Assembly (NCBI GenBank): GCA_020348985.1
Contig: CP070761.1
Coordinates: 234,057 to 244,761 of the forward strand
Source of the DNA: Candidatus Thorarchaeota archaeon
GTDB lineage: Archaea > Asgardarchaeota > Thorarchaeia > Thorarchaeales > Thorarchaeaceae
Direction: 5' to 3'
DNA length: 10,705 bases
A model generated the notes under the pieces. It saw nothing but the letters and a program-made list of their open reading frames with translations. It did no database searches and was not told where the DNA came from. A program made the translations under genes and the position numbers. Shown here piece after piece: positions 1 to 8,227 of this stretch. Numbering within the stretch: the stretch's first letter is position 1; every line of letters starts with the position of its first letter.

Positions 1-195
1 GTCTTTGAAAATGGATATCGAGAACTCACTGCCGCTCATGCTTGTTCGAGGGATGATGTTCTTCTTATCTCTGTGTCGTTCAAAACATTGGTTCGCTGTC
101 TCAAATTCAATTGGGGCAAGAATGTCGCCAAGGAATCGGATTTGACAGAAGAATCGGGATTCCTGTTCAATAGAGACCCAGAGCAACAATCATAA
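1..195. other. Probable partial CDS cut by the left edge, strand unresolved
   Basis: Plus frame 1 is open from 1 to TAA at 193-195 (VFENGYRELTAAHACSRDD...RDPEQQS). The antiparallel minus frame is also open from TTG at 189 off the edge (LLLWVSIEQESRFFCQIRFLGDILAPIEFETANQCFERHRDKKNIIPRTSMSGSEFSISIFKD). Neither has a motif I recognise. Confidence 0.3.
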
Positions 196-234
196 AGAAA
201 ATGTTGTCGACGAACCCATTGGTTGAGATTGATT

Positions 235-1017
235 ATGGATGAATCTACAGGAGTCAATCACGAAGATCCCGATATGGTGCTATTTGGCGGCTCGCCAACT
301 ACTATTCGACTCGTTGTAGGGATTGTGCTTGCCGCAGTCTTCGCAGTTCTGGCTCTACTTCCGATGAGTGGCTTCATTGCTGCGGGAGGAGTCGCAACTC
401 TGATGAGTTTTGCAGTATGTATGACTCCTCTCTTTGGAGTAATCCTAGGTCCAGCTCGTGGGTTCGTTATGGGCCTCATTGCTGGAGTTCTTGGTACCTT
501 AGTATCAATTCCAATTGGGGGCGGTGTCTTCCTGCTTGTCCCAACAACAATACTCGGACCTGCACTGGCTGGATTGTTTGTGGGTCTCTCTCTCAAGCCT
601 CTACATGAATGGAAATCGGTCAAGATTCCAGGGCCTATACTCACTGCAGCCTTCTTTCTTGTTATCATTGTGTTGTATGAAATCCCTTACTACTCGGCTT
701 GGTGGTTCATGACCCCCTACATGCTTACCCTCGGAGTAGCCATCATTCTTCAGGGGATGAGAATTGAGTACAGTCCAGACCGCGAAGACTGGAGGAAGTA
801 TGCTCAGCTTGTTCCCTTCACATTGATTGGAACTATGGCTGATCACTCAATGATGGCGATGGGTTCTGTATACCTACTTGGGTTGGAGCCGGTTCTACTT
901 GGTTATGGGATATTTCCCGTGATGCTCCTCGAGCGAATCTTCGTAATAGCAGTTAGCACAGTCCTTCTCTCGATAATCCTCAATGTATTCCACAAAGAGC
1001 ATTGGATGCAGGTCTGA
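235..1017 (+). CDS. Integral membrane protein, ECF transporter S-component-like (substrate unknown)
   Basis: About 7-8 hydrophobic segments. AxxxA motif in the first helix (LAAVFAVLA) and the S-component-like stretch PLFGVILGPARGFVMGLIAG. ATG at 235 preferred over TTG at 223. Confidence 0.65.
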   Translation: MDESTGVNHEDPDMVLFGGSPTTIRLVVGIVLAAVFAVLALLPMSGFIAAGGVATLMSFAVCMTPLFGVILGPARGFVMGLIAGVLGTLVSIPIGGGVFLLVPTTILGPALAGLFVGLSLKPLHEWKSVKIPGPILTAAFFLVIIVLYEIPYYSAWWFMTPYMLTLGVAIILQGMRIEYSPDREDWRKYAQLVPFTLIGTMADHSMMAMGSVYLLGLEPVLLGYGIFPVMLLERIFVIAVSTVLLSIILNVFHKEHWMQV

Positions 1018-1024
1018 ATTCAAA

Positions 1025-1627
1025 TCAAAGTGCTTCGATGATCACTTCTAAGGCCCTCGTGGACAATTCGAGCGCCATTGTTGGCATGTCCAATTGGGAC
1101 TTCTCTATTGCTTGCTCAGGCAGAGGTGGAATGTGAACGAAAGTTGCCTTCGTCTGAAGTCTTCCTGAACTGATCCATTCCATTATGTTGTAGATCAACC
1201 AGTTGCAACCATAGATTCCTGCGTGATAGCTTACAAATGCCGGAATTCCTTCATTGTCTAGGGCATCAACCAATGGTTTAGGATCCAAATTCGTGAAATA
1301 TGCGACTTCCCCTGAAGACGAGATTGTATCTTGCTCAGGAGTTTTTCCTTGGTTGTCGGAACGCTTCGTACTAATCGCGTTGACTGCAATTCTCTCAATC
1401 GATATGGCTGCTCTTCCAGCCTGACCACAACATAGAATGACGTCTGGTTTGTGCTCTTCAATATGCTTGTTAACCTCCTTCAGGGCGGTCTCATAGTCCA
1501 GCGGCAGTACGACTCCTGTTACATCGTGTCCTCCTATGATTCGACCGGATAGACTCTTGGCCACCTCCGCCGACGGATTCATAGACGAGCCATCAAAAGG
1601 TTCGAAGCCAGTAACCAGCACTTTCAT
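1025..1627 (-). CDS. pcp: Pyroglutamyl-peptidase I (pyrrolidone-carboxylate peptidase, peptidase C15)
   Basis: N-terminus MKVLVTGFEPFDGSSMNPS. Catalytic Glu (ISIERIAVN), Cys (HAGIYGCN) and His (FVHIP) are all present. The start is ATG at 1627 or 1639, not 1960. Confidence 0.95.
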   Translation of the reverse strand: MKVLVTGFEPFDGSSMNPSAEVAKSLSGRIIGGHDVTGVVLPLDYETALKEVNKHIEEHKPDVILCCGQAGRAAISIERIAVNAISTKRSDNQGKTPEQDTISSSGEVAYFTNLDPKPLVDALDNEGIPAFVSYHAGIYGCNWLIYNIMEWISSGRLQTKATFVHIPPLPEQAIEKSQLDMPTMALELSTRALEVIIEAL

Positions 1628-1683
1628 CGATTTCCACATAGACAGGTCCTTGAAACCAGCAGAAAAAGGAATTGATTGCTCAC

Positions 1684-2367
1684 CTAAACCAATAGAACAA
1701 GTTCGAGACTTTGCCAGACGAACCAGATGCCCAAGAGAAGCTGAAAGACTCCTATTGCCACATTGATCCAGTTGACGCTGCCTGGTGCAGAGACTTTGAC
1801 CGCTCGATCTGTTCCTACGCTTAGTGCTGCTCCAAAGATGAAGTCCGTGGAGATGTGTACTAGGTACACAAGCGCGCCAACGAGGAATAGCGCTGCGCCA
1901 GCTATCTGGATTTCGAGCATAAGTGTTTGAATGCTTGCTAGGCCGATGCCAAACCACCAAATGATGAAGTAGGGGGAAAGGATACTGACTATTGCTCCCT
2001 GTGCCGTTGCCTCGATAGCAGAAGAAGCAGCCTTACTCTCATCCTCATTGTCATCATCATCAGGAGGTCGAATCCTGTAGTCTCGTAGTGCAATCAACCC
2101 AAACAGAATGACCACTACTCCACCGAACCCGATGAGTAGTGCAGTTGTGACATTATCGAAAGCGATTGACTCCAGAGTGAGTATAATCGCTGCAATGATT
2201 CCAAGTTCAACGATAGCATGTCCCACCATTGGCAAGAATCCATAGATTCTTCCTCTTCTACTCGCCTGCATAACACATGCTGCCGAAAGGGGTCCGGGTG
2301 CCAGTGCGCCTGTTAAGGAAACACCAAACCATCCTGCCAGAATAATTACAACGTCGAGTAGAGCCAA
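1684..2367 (-). CDS. LysE/RhtB family translocator
   Basis: GALAPGPL N-terminal motif, GHAIVE, a charged central loop, and GAIVSILSPYFIIWW (NP-like motif). Six TM helices. TTG start with GAGGG upstream. Confidence 0.88.
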   Translation of the reverse strand: MALLDVVIILAGWFGVSLTGALAPGPLSAACVMQASRRGRIYGFLPMVGHAIVELGIIAAIILTLESIAFDNVTTALLIGFGGVVVILFGLIALRDYRIRPPDDDDNEDESKAASSAIEATAQGAIVSILSPYFIIWWFGIGLASIQTLMLEIQIAGAALFLVGALVYLVHISTDFIFGAALSVGTDRAVKVSAPGSVNWINVAIGVFQLLLGIWFVWQSLELVLLV

Positions 2368-2532
2368 TTGTAGTGCCCTCGTGTTTTAACTGGCTAACAA
2401 CATTCCGCAGAAAACCTTAGCGTTTGCACACATTGAGTAGGAAGTGTATTACAGTGTACAGAATTGAGCTATCTAGAAACTCTTAATAGACATCCTCAGC
2501 GACTCCCCGTGCTATTAGGGAGCTGTAAGTCT

Positions 2533-3675
2533 GTGAAACAAGTACAGATTGTGGTGCCCTTTGATAAGACAGAGGAAGTCTACGCATTCCTTCTTGATGT
2601 TGTTGGTATCAAGAACATCATGAAGTTCAATGCCGACAATGCGCATCAACTTCAATTCAGAGTAACTGATGACCACGTGAATGATACTATTGAGAGGTTG
2701 AAGTCGCGGGGTGTTGGAGTTGAGTATGGGTTTATCGATATCCTTGATCTAAAGGCATCACTCCCAAGAGAAGCAGATGAGACAAGAGAGCAGACGATTC
2801 AGAGAGAGGCCACTCTAGCAGTCGAAGAAATCTACGAAAACGTGAAGGCCCAGACGTGGTTGAGCTTCGACTTTCTTGCCTTCACAATACTAGCGGCTCT
2901 TATGGCTGGAGTAGGTCTTATTCAGAATAACGTCACAATCATTGTCGCGTCTATGCTGCTCTCTCCTCTTATGGGCCCAATGCTAGGAGTTGCTCTAGGG
3001 TATGTTGTATCAGATCGAGCACTGCTCGTGAAGGGAACCTACAACGAGCTCATCGCACTTGTCCTATCAATTGCCGTCGGTGCTCTAATGGGCGCCGTTA
3101 TGGCAATGTTTTCACCCGGATTCGGTTTTGAAGTCGATGCTCAGTTTGAGGCTGGGATCTTCACAGAGATTACCAGGAGAGGTTTCCCCTTCTCATGGTT
3201 GGACATTGGAGTAGCCGTGTTCTCAGGCGCGGCGGTAGCAGTATCAGTTACAAAAGGAGACATGTCTACACTTGTAGGGGTTGCAATATCTGCGGCGCTT
3301 ATGCCTCCCGCTGTCAATGTTGGAATGATGATTGTCGTTGGATTGGCAAACGCTACAGCACACGGCGTCGCAATCGGAGTTTGGTCACTACTTCTCCTCG
3401 GAATGAACATCATACTAATCGACATTGCAGCCGTGTTGATGTTTCGTATCAAGAAGCTTACGCCAATCTCAGCGAAATCGGCGACTTGGAAGGCAGTAAC
3501 AGAATTCCAGACGATGAGATCTGAGACATTGTATCATACGCGTAATGACAGAACGCCTACTGAAGTCACCAGAACGACCTTTACGCCAGCGCCAACCACA
3601 GAAGGCCCCTCTGCCGAAGTAGAAGTATCAGAGGAAGGGGATGCGAGTTCAGAGAAGAGTAGTCCGCAATCATAG
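2533..3675 (+). CDS. DUF389 / TIGR00341-family membrane protein
   Basis: Motifs GLIQNNVTIIVASMLLSPLMGP, DIGVAVFSGAA and LVGVAISAALMPPAVNVG. Soluble N-terminal domain (MKQVQIVVP) and a Thr/Pro/Glu/Ser-rich tail. GTG at 2533 with GGGAG upstream is preferred over 2464. Confidence 0.88.
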   Translation: MKQVQIVVPFDKTEEVYAFLLDVVGIKNIMKFNADNAHQLQFRVTDDHVNDTIERLKSRGVGVEYGFIDILDLKASLPREADETREQTIQREATLAVEEIYENVKAQTWLSFDFLAFTILAALMAGVGLIQNNVTIIVASMLLSPLMGPMLGVALGYVVSDRALLVKGTYNELIALVLSIAVGALMGAVMAMFSPGFGFEVDAQFEAGIFTEITRRGFPFSWLDIGVAVFSGAAVAVSVTKGDMSTLVGVAISAALMPPAVNVGMMIVVGLANATAHGVAIGVWSLLLLGMNIILIDIAAVLMFRIKKLTPISAKSATWKAVTEFQTMRSETLYHTRNDRTPTEVTRTTFTPAPTTEGPSAEVEVSEEGDASSEKSSPQS

Positions 3676-3682
3676 GAAGTGT

Positions 3683-6600
3683 CTAGTCGATCTTCGGAAT
3701 CCAAACCCTGAACTTTGCACCCTGACTAGGATCACCTTCCACCCGGTCGGCGACCTCAATGTATCCACCGTGTTTTTCGACTATCTGCCTGGCAAGATGG
3801 AGTCCTATTCCCCCATACCGACGTCTCATGTCCAACAGCCATCCCTTCTGCGTGTCCGAAAGACCTTCTCCGTTGTCACTTACCGAGATGAGGTAACCGC
3901 CGTTCTGTTCTCGAAGTTCGACCCAGACACGTTTCTCATCATCTCGCGGATTATGCTGTATCGCATTCTCGAGGATACTCAGCAGCATGGTATCCAAAAA
4001 CTCGTCCGCTTGAACCTTTGCAACGAATTCTGGAATCTCAATGCTAATGCTTACGTTACTATGCAATACTGCGAAATCCTCTATTAGCACTCTCAAGAGG
4101 GAATCAAGTGAGACACTTCTAAGAGGCGCTGTTGCCAACTGACGAGTCGTCACAACTCGTGATATGATGTTGTTGCACCTACTGGAAGCCTCTTCCACCA
4201 GATGAAGAACTCTGGCGATTTCTTCAGGGCTGTCTGATCTTTTGGCCAACTGAACCCCTGCAACAATGACTTGCATTTGATTGGATATGTCGTGTGTCAT
4301 CAAATCCAGATACAGCATGGCTCGATCCCTAGCAACCAGGACCTCGCGTTCTGCGGCTACCCTGTCAGTCATATCCCTCATTGCTCCGACCATTCCAGAC
4401 AAAGAACCCTTTTCATCTCGGATTAGTGCAACAGAGAAGCTAGCAGGAAAGACCTCTCCATTCTTTCTCATGAATTGGTAGTCTTCTTGAATTAGATACC
4501 CTTGGGCATAAAGCTCTGCTTGACGTCTTTGCTGATCAGGATTATCTCTGAACTCTTTGGGTATGAGCATTGAATAGTTCTTTCCGATGAGTTCCTCAGG
4601 TGTGTAGTCAAGCACACGTTCGACGGATCTGTTACAGGATACTATGTTGAAACTCTGATCAGTTGATATCACAACGTCAGGTATTGCGTTGTAGATTGTC
4701 GCCAATAATTGACTTGACTTCTGTAGTTCTTCCTCGGCTTGGCGTCGCTGAGTAATGTCACGGACAATCCCTTGAACGACCTTCTTCCCTGATATCTCGA
4801 GGACTGTTGAAGAGACCTCTGTTGGCAGGGTACTGCCATCCTTCCTCAAGAAATCCACTTCAAATCTGACTTCTCCCCTGATTGCAATCTCCTCGAATTT
4901 CGATTTCGATTTCTCAAGCTCATACTCAGGATGCAGCTGCCCTATCTTCATACTCATCATTTCGTCAATTGAGTAGCCGAGGAGATTCAAAACACTGCTG
5001 TTGACATCTAGGATATTCCCTTCAAGATCATGGATAAACACAGCATCTCTCGAGCCTTGGAAGAGCTCACGGTACTTCTCTTCACTCTCCCTCAGAGCAT
5101 CCTCCGCCTCCTTGAGCTCCGTGACATCTCGAATCATTGCTAGGATAAACATGCGTCCTCCTAGTTCGACCGTATCTTCGTTTAACAGAACTGTGAAGAC
5201 TGAGCCATCCTTCCTCCGCAAGTCAACCTCGACATTTCTCATTCTCTTCTCTCTTTGCAGAGTCTCTATGAGCCCCTGCCGAGCCATTGGGTTAGCATAG
5301 AGAGCTTTAGCGGTTGCGAATCTGAGCTCGTCCCACGTATAGCCCGTTGAATCAAGGAATTCTTTGTTAACTGCCATGAAGTTGCCTTCATAGTCTGTTA
5401 TTGTAATCGAAACAGGTGCAAGCTCGAACAGAGTCCGATATCTCTCCTCACTCTGTCTCAGGGCTTCTTCTGTGGCAACTCTCGAAGATATGTCCACTGA
5501 GATACCACCCATCAGCATGGGTTTTCCTTCGCGTACTATCGGAAACTTCAGTGTCTGATACACATGATCAATCCCATCTTTGTCAGGAACGACCTGAATC
5601 TCCTCCAGTGCGCCCTCACTCATTGCTCTTCTGTCACTTTCAACCATCCCTTGAGCAATCTCGGACGGAAACAGCTCTGATGTGTTTCTACCTAGCCAAT
5701 CCATTGCATCAAACCTTTCCAAGATGAAGGTGTTGGCATACAGAATAACGGAATCTTCGTCTTTGATGAAAACCGGTCCGGGAAAATTGTCCGCAAAAAG
5801 CGAGAAGCGCTCTTCACTCTCCTGCAGAGCGAATTCTGCTTCCTTTCGAGGCGTGATGTCTCTGACGACTGAGACAATACTCTTCTTGTCTTCATGCAAT
5901 GTCATTCTGGCTGAAAACCAATAGACGTGACCGCCTATGTGCAGAGAGTAGTCAAATGCTTCGCTATGATCAAGTAGTCTAACTCTTGCAGCGGCATCAA
6001 TGTGCAGACTAGCAACGTCATCTGGGAGAACATGAGTGACATGCTTGCCCAGCAATCTGTCGGGCTTGACATAGAGGAGGCTTTCATCCGACGCATAGTA
6101 TTGAGAGTAGTTGTCATTCTCGTCGAAGACAAAGACGAGTTCTTGCATTGACGAAACTAACGTCCTGTACCTCTCTTCCGACTCTTTCAGCGCCATCTCA
6201 GCATGAATTTGGTCCGTGATGTCGATATCGAGCACTTGCGTTGCGGGCTTGCCATTGAATTCTGCAAGTGTGACAAATGACTCGACCCATTTCAACGAGC
6301 CATCCTTGGCTCTGTATCTAAACCGGTGCCTGGGTAACACCTTGACCCCATCAGCGAGTTCTGCATTTCGTTCCTTGAGTCTAGCCACGTCATCCGGGTG
6401 GATTAGACTCCAAACGTCATCTGGAGTGAACTGCAGTATCTCCTCCACAGTGAAGCCAAGAGTTTGGGCGAATGCCGCGTTGGCGTAGGTGTACTTCTCA
6501 TCTTGGACTAGTGCAACCCCTTGAAGGGAATCCTCGACAAGACGGCGATACTTCTCTTCACTCTTTTTCAGTTTCGCTTCATGCTCAAACTGAGCAGTGA

Positions 6601-7012
6601 CGTCTCTTATGACAGCAACGAATCCTATCTTCCTTCCTTCCAAACTTCTGAGTAGCGAGGAATTCGCTTCAGCTGTGACTATTGATCCATCTGGCTGAAT
6701 CACCTTGTAGTAACCCTTTTTGCCAATTCCATGTTCAATTGTGTATTCTCCAGCAGCAATCACTTCTTCTCTGCTCTCTGGTGTCAAGAAATCAAGAGAG
6801 TTCTTTCCCAGAAGCTCTCTCCTATCTGAGACCCCATATAGCTCCAAAGCCATATCATTGACCATCAGGAATACTCCGTTGATGTCAGTGATAATCACCG
6901 CGTCAGGAACTATTTCCACAAAGGCACGATACCTTGCCATCGCTTCTTGGACTTCGATTTGAACATCGTCGCCTACCTTGTGTGCGGGAGAATCTTCACG
7001 CTTCTCGCTCAT
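3683..7012 (-). CDS. Cytoplasmic sensor histidine kinase with seven tandem PAS/PAC domains
   Basis: Seven PAS units ending in RD(V/I/M)T/DIT/DIS motifs, joined by linkers such as ALRQSEERYRTL. H-box LMTHDISNQ, N-box ILENAIQHN, G1 VSDNGEG, G2 GGIGLHLA. No TM helix. ATG at 7012 with GAGG upstream; alternative start at 7075. Confidence 0.93.
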   Translation of the reverse strand: MSEKREDSPAHKVGDDVQIEVQEAMARYRAFVEIVPDAVIITDINGVFLMVNDMALELYGVSDRRELLGKNSLDFLTPESREEVIAAGEYTIEHGIGKKGYYKVIQPDGSIVTAEANSSLLRSLEGRKIGFVAVIRDVTAQFEHEAKLKKSEEKYRRLVEDSLQGVALVQDEKYTYANAAFAQTLGFTVEEILQFTPDDVWSLIHPDDVARLKERNAELADGVKVLPRHRFRYRAKDGSLKWVESFVTLAEFNGKPATQVLDIDITDQIHAEMALKESEERYRTLVSSMQELVFVFDENDNYSQYYASDESLLYVKPDRLLGKHVTHVLPDDVASLHIDAAARVRLLDHSEAFDYSLHIGGHVYWFSARMTLHEDKKSIVSVVRDITPRKEAEFALQESEERFSLFADNFPGPVFIKDEDSVILYANTFILERFDAMDWLGRNTSELFPSEIAQGMVESDRRAMSEGALEEIQVVPDKDGIDHVYQTLKFPIVREGKPMLMGGISVDISSRVATEEALRQSEERYRTLFELAPVSITITDYEGNFMAVNKEFLDSTGYTWDELRFATAKALYANPMARQGLIETLQREKRMRNVEVDLRRKDGSVFTVLLNEDTVELGGRMFILAMIRDVTELKEAEDALRESEEKYRELFQGSRDAVFIHDLEGNILDVNSSVLNLLGYSIDEMMSMKIGQLHPEYELEKSKSKFEEIAIRGEVRFEVDFLRKDGSTLPTEVSSTVLEISGKKVVQGIVRDITQRRQAEEELQKSSQLLATIYNAIPDVVISTDQSFNIVSCNRSVERVLDYTPEELIGKNYSMLIPKEFRDNPDQQRRQAELYAQGYLIQEDYQFMRKNGEVFPASFSVALIRDEKGSLSGMVGAMRDMTDRVAAEREVLVARDRAMLYLDLMTHDISNQMQVIVAGVQLAKRSDSPEEIARVLHLVEEASSRCNNIISRVVTTRQLATAPLRSVSLDSLLRVLIEDFAVLHSNVSISIEIPEFVAKVQADEFLDTMLLSILENAIQHNPRDDEKRVWVELREQNGGYLISVSDNGEGLSDTQKGWLLDMRRRYGGIGLHLARQIVEKHGGYIEVADRVEGDPSQGAKFRVWIPKID

Positions 7013-7135
7013 CAAAAAGCCTCGTTTCCTAATCAGAAGACTAGGAATATTAGACTTGTCTGGGTGCAATTGCACATATTTTGGTGTTCGAGAGTGCTCG
7101 GTAATACTCGGCCTAATATGAGTAGAACATAGTTT

Positions 7136-7153
7136 TGGTTAACTTGGTAACCA
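7136..7153. promoter_or_regulatory. Inverted repeat TGGTTA-N6-TAACCA in the divergent intergenic region, candidate operator
   Basis: The sequence tggttaacttggtaacca has perfect 6-bp arms and ends 28 nt before ATG 7182. Confidence 0.4.
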
Positions 7154-7181
7154 TTTCGACAGCAAGGGGACTCAATAAGCA

Positions 7182-7487
7182 ATGTCCAAGCCGAACCTGA
7201 AGAACAAGTTGTTCAAGGGTCTTACGGAACAAGATGTCCTGATCTGGGAAGAAGAGAAGATGCGGTTTCAGCGTAAGGTAGGACAAAAAGTGACAGACCT
7301 TCAGTTTCTAAGGCATCTTCTGATGGTAGCTTCACGTCCGGTTATCTCCCAAAAGGAAGGCGTTTCAAGAGGATACTTGACAGGACATGGTCCGAGATAC
7401 GAAAAGAGTGACATGTTTCTCGAGAAGTCCAGGTCACAAGCTCTTCAGACTAGAACCCCCAGTAGAAGACTTCAAGAGGAGTTCTAG
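7182..7487 (+). CDS. Hypothetical basic protein (101 aa), possible ribbon-helix-helix DNA-binding N-terminus
   Basis: Fills the intergenic space, GGGA upstream of ATG. Pattern of strand (KNKLFKGL), helix (TEQDVLIWEEEKMRFQRKVG), turn, helix (TDLQFLRHLLMVA). Confidence 0.65.
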   Translation: MSKPNLKNKLFKGLTEQDVLIWEEEKMRFQRKVGQKVTDLQFLRHLLMVASRPVISQKEGVSRGYLTGHGPRYEKSDMFLEKSRSQALQTRTPSRRLQEEF

Positions 7488-7513
7488 TCTTCTCCGATTA
7501 GGGTGGGGAAGGC

Positions 7514-7684
7514 GTGGTTAGTCACAATGTGCAGGCCGTTCTCATTATGGAGAAAGCAGGAAACCCCCTATTCTTTATGAAGCTAGATCCTAAGGCAATG
7601 AATTGGAGTTCAGTACAGAATAGCTTTTTCACTATTCACCACGATAAGAGGCTGAACTTCAATCCAGTCAGGGGGCCGTTGTGA
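7514..7684 (+). CDS. Unannotated 56-aa ORF resembling the N-terminal part of a longin/roadblock domain (micro-protein or truncated gene)
   Basis: Manual translation: MVSHNVQAVLIMEKAGNPLFFMKLDPKAMNWSSVQNSFFTIHHDKRLNFNPVRGPL*. GTG start after GGTGGGGAAGG. Its TGA (7682-7684) overlaps the GTPase ATG (7684) as TGATG. Confidence 0.65.
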   Translation: MVSHNVQAVLIMEKAGNPLFFMKLDPKAMNWSSVQNSFFTIHHDKRLNFNPVRGPL

Positions 7685-8199
7685 TGAGCCCGTCTTATCT
7701 CTTCAAAGTAGTGACTGTCGGTTCCGCGGCGGTCGGAAAGACTTCGATGATATTGCGTTACGTCACAGGCCGATTCAGAGAATACTATGCCCCCACACTA
7801 GGCGCGGACTTCAGCGTCAAACACATAGACTTCGACAAAACCACGGTCAAGCTGCAAATCTGGGATCTTGGTAGTCAAGACTTCCTCGGTCAAGTGAGAG
7901 CAGGATTCTATCCTGGGGCACGTGGCGTTGTCTTCCTCTTCGACGTTACGAGCGAAGAATCGTATGAGGCACTTAATGATTGGAAGAAAGAGGTTGACAC
8001 ACATATCAAGGACTATCGGAGTGTAGTTGTTGCCAACAAGACGGATCTTGAGGACGATAGGGTCGTCAAGAAAAAGGAAGGCAAGAAGGTCGCAAACGAG
8101 TTTGACGCTGCATATATCGAGACCTCTGTGAAACTTAATGAGAACGTGGATGATGCGTTCATGTTGATAGCACAGAGCATCATGGACGACTTTGGCTAG
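7684..8199 (+). CDS. Rab-like small GTPase (Ras superfamily)
   Basis: G1 GSAAVGKT, G2 PTLGADF, KLQIW, G3 WDLGSQ, FYPGA, FDVT, G4 NKTD, G5 ETSVK. No C-terminal prenylation Cys. Start at ATG 7684 or GTG 7681. Confidence 0.95.
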   Translation: MSPSYLFKVVTVGSAAVGKTSMILRYVTGRFREYYAPTLGADFSVKHIDFDKTTVKLQIWDLGSQDFLGQVRAGFYPGARGVVFLFDVTSEESYEALNDWKKEVDTHIKDYRSVVVANKTDLEDDRVVKKKEGKKVANEFDAAYIETSVKLNENVDDAFMLIAQSIMDDFG

Positions 8200-8214
8200 C
8201 CCTATGCCATTGTC

Positions 8215-8227
8215 CAAAGGTTTAATA
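8215..8227 (+). promoter_or_regulatory. Candidate archaeal BRE/TATA promoter (CAAAGG TTTAATA)
   Basis: Purine-rich stretch directly followed by TTTAATA, about 60 nt upstream of ATG 8288. Confidence 0.5.

Noticed and set aside
258-846. Short ORFs overlapping the S-component gene (258-668, 417-608, 515-712, 601-846)
   Set aside because: Shadow or alternate frames of a convincing gene, with no motifs.
1640-1960. N-terminal extension of the pcp ORF in the ORF track
   Set aside because: It overlaps the LysE gene in another frame; Pcp homology begins at MKVLVTGF.
3540-3682. Low-complexity DUF389 tail and the matching 7-nt gaps at two convergent gene pairs
   Set aside because: Consistent with a disordered tail and a compact genome; the two gaps share no sequence motif.
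4700-6600. Recurring ALxxSEE(R/K)YR-encoding segments considered as DNA repeats
   Set aside because: These are normal PAS-PAC linker helices, diverged at the nucleotide level.
3641-7132. Plus-strand ORFs antisense to the histidine kinase (e.g. 3641-4087, 5001-5300, 5416-5727)
   Set aside because: Antisense shadows with no recognisable domain.
7485-7580. Pyrrolysine-type readthrough of the TAG ending the 101-aa ORF, fusing it to the longin-like ORF
   Set aside because: The longin-like ORF is in a different frame, and the readthrough frame gives a nondescript peptide ending in TGA near 7580.
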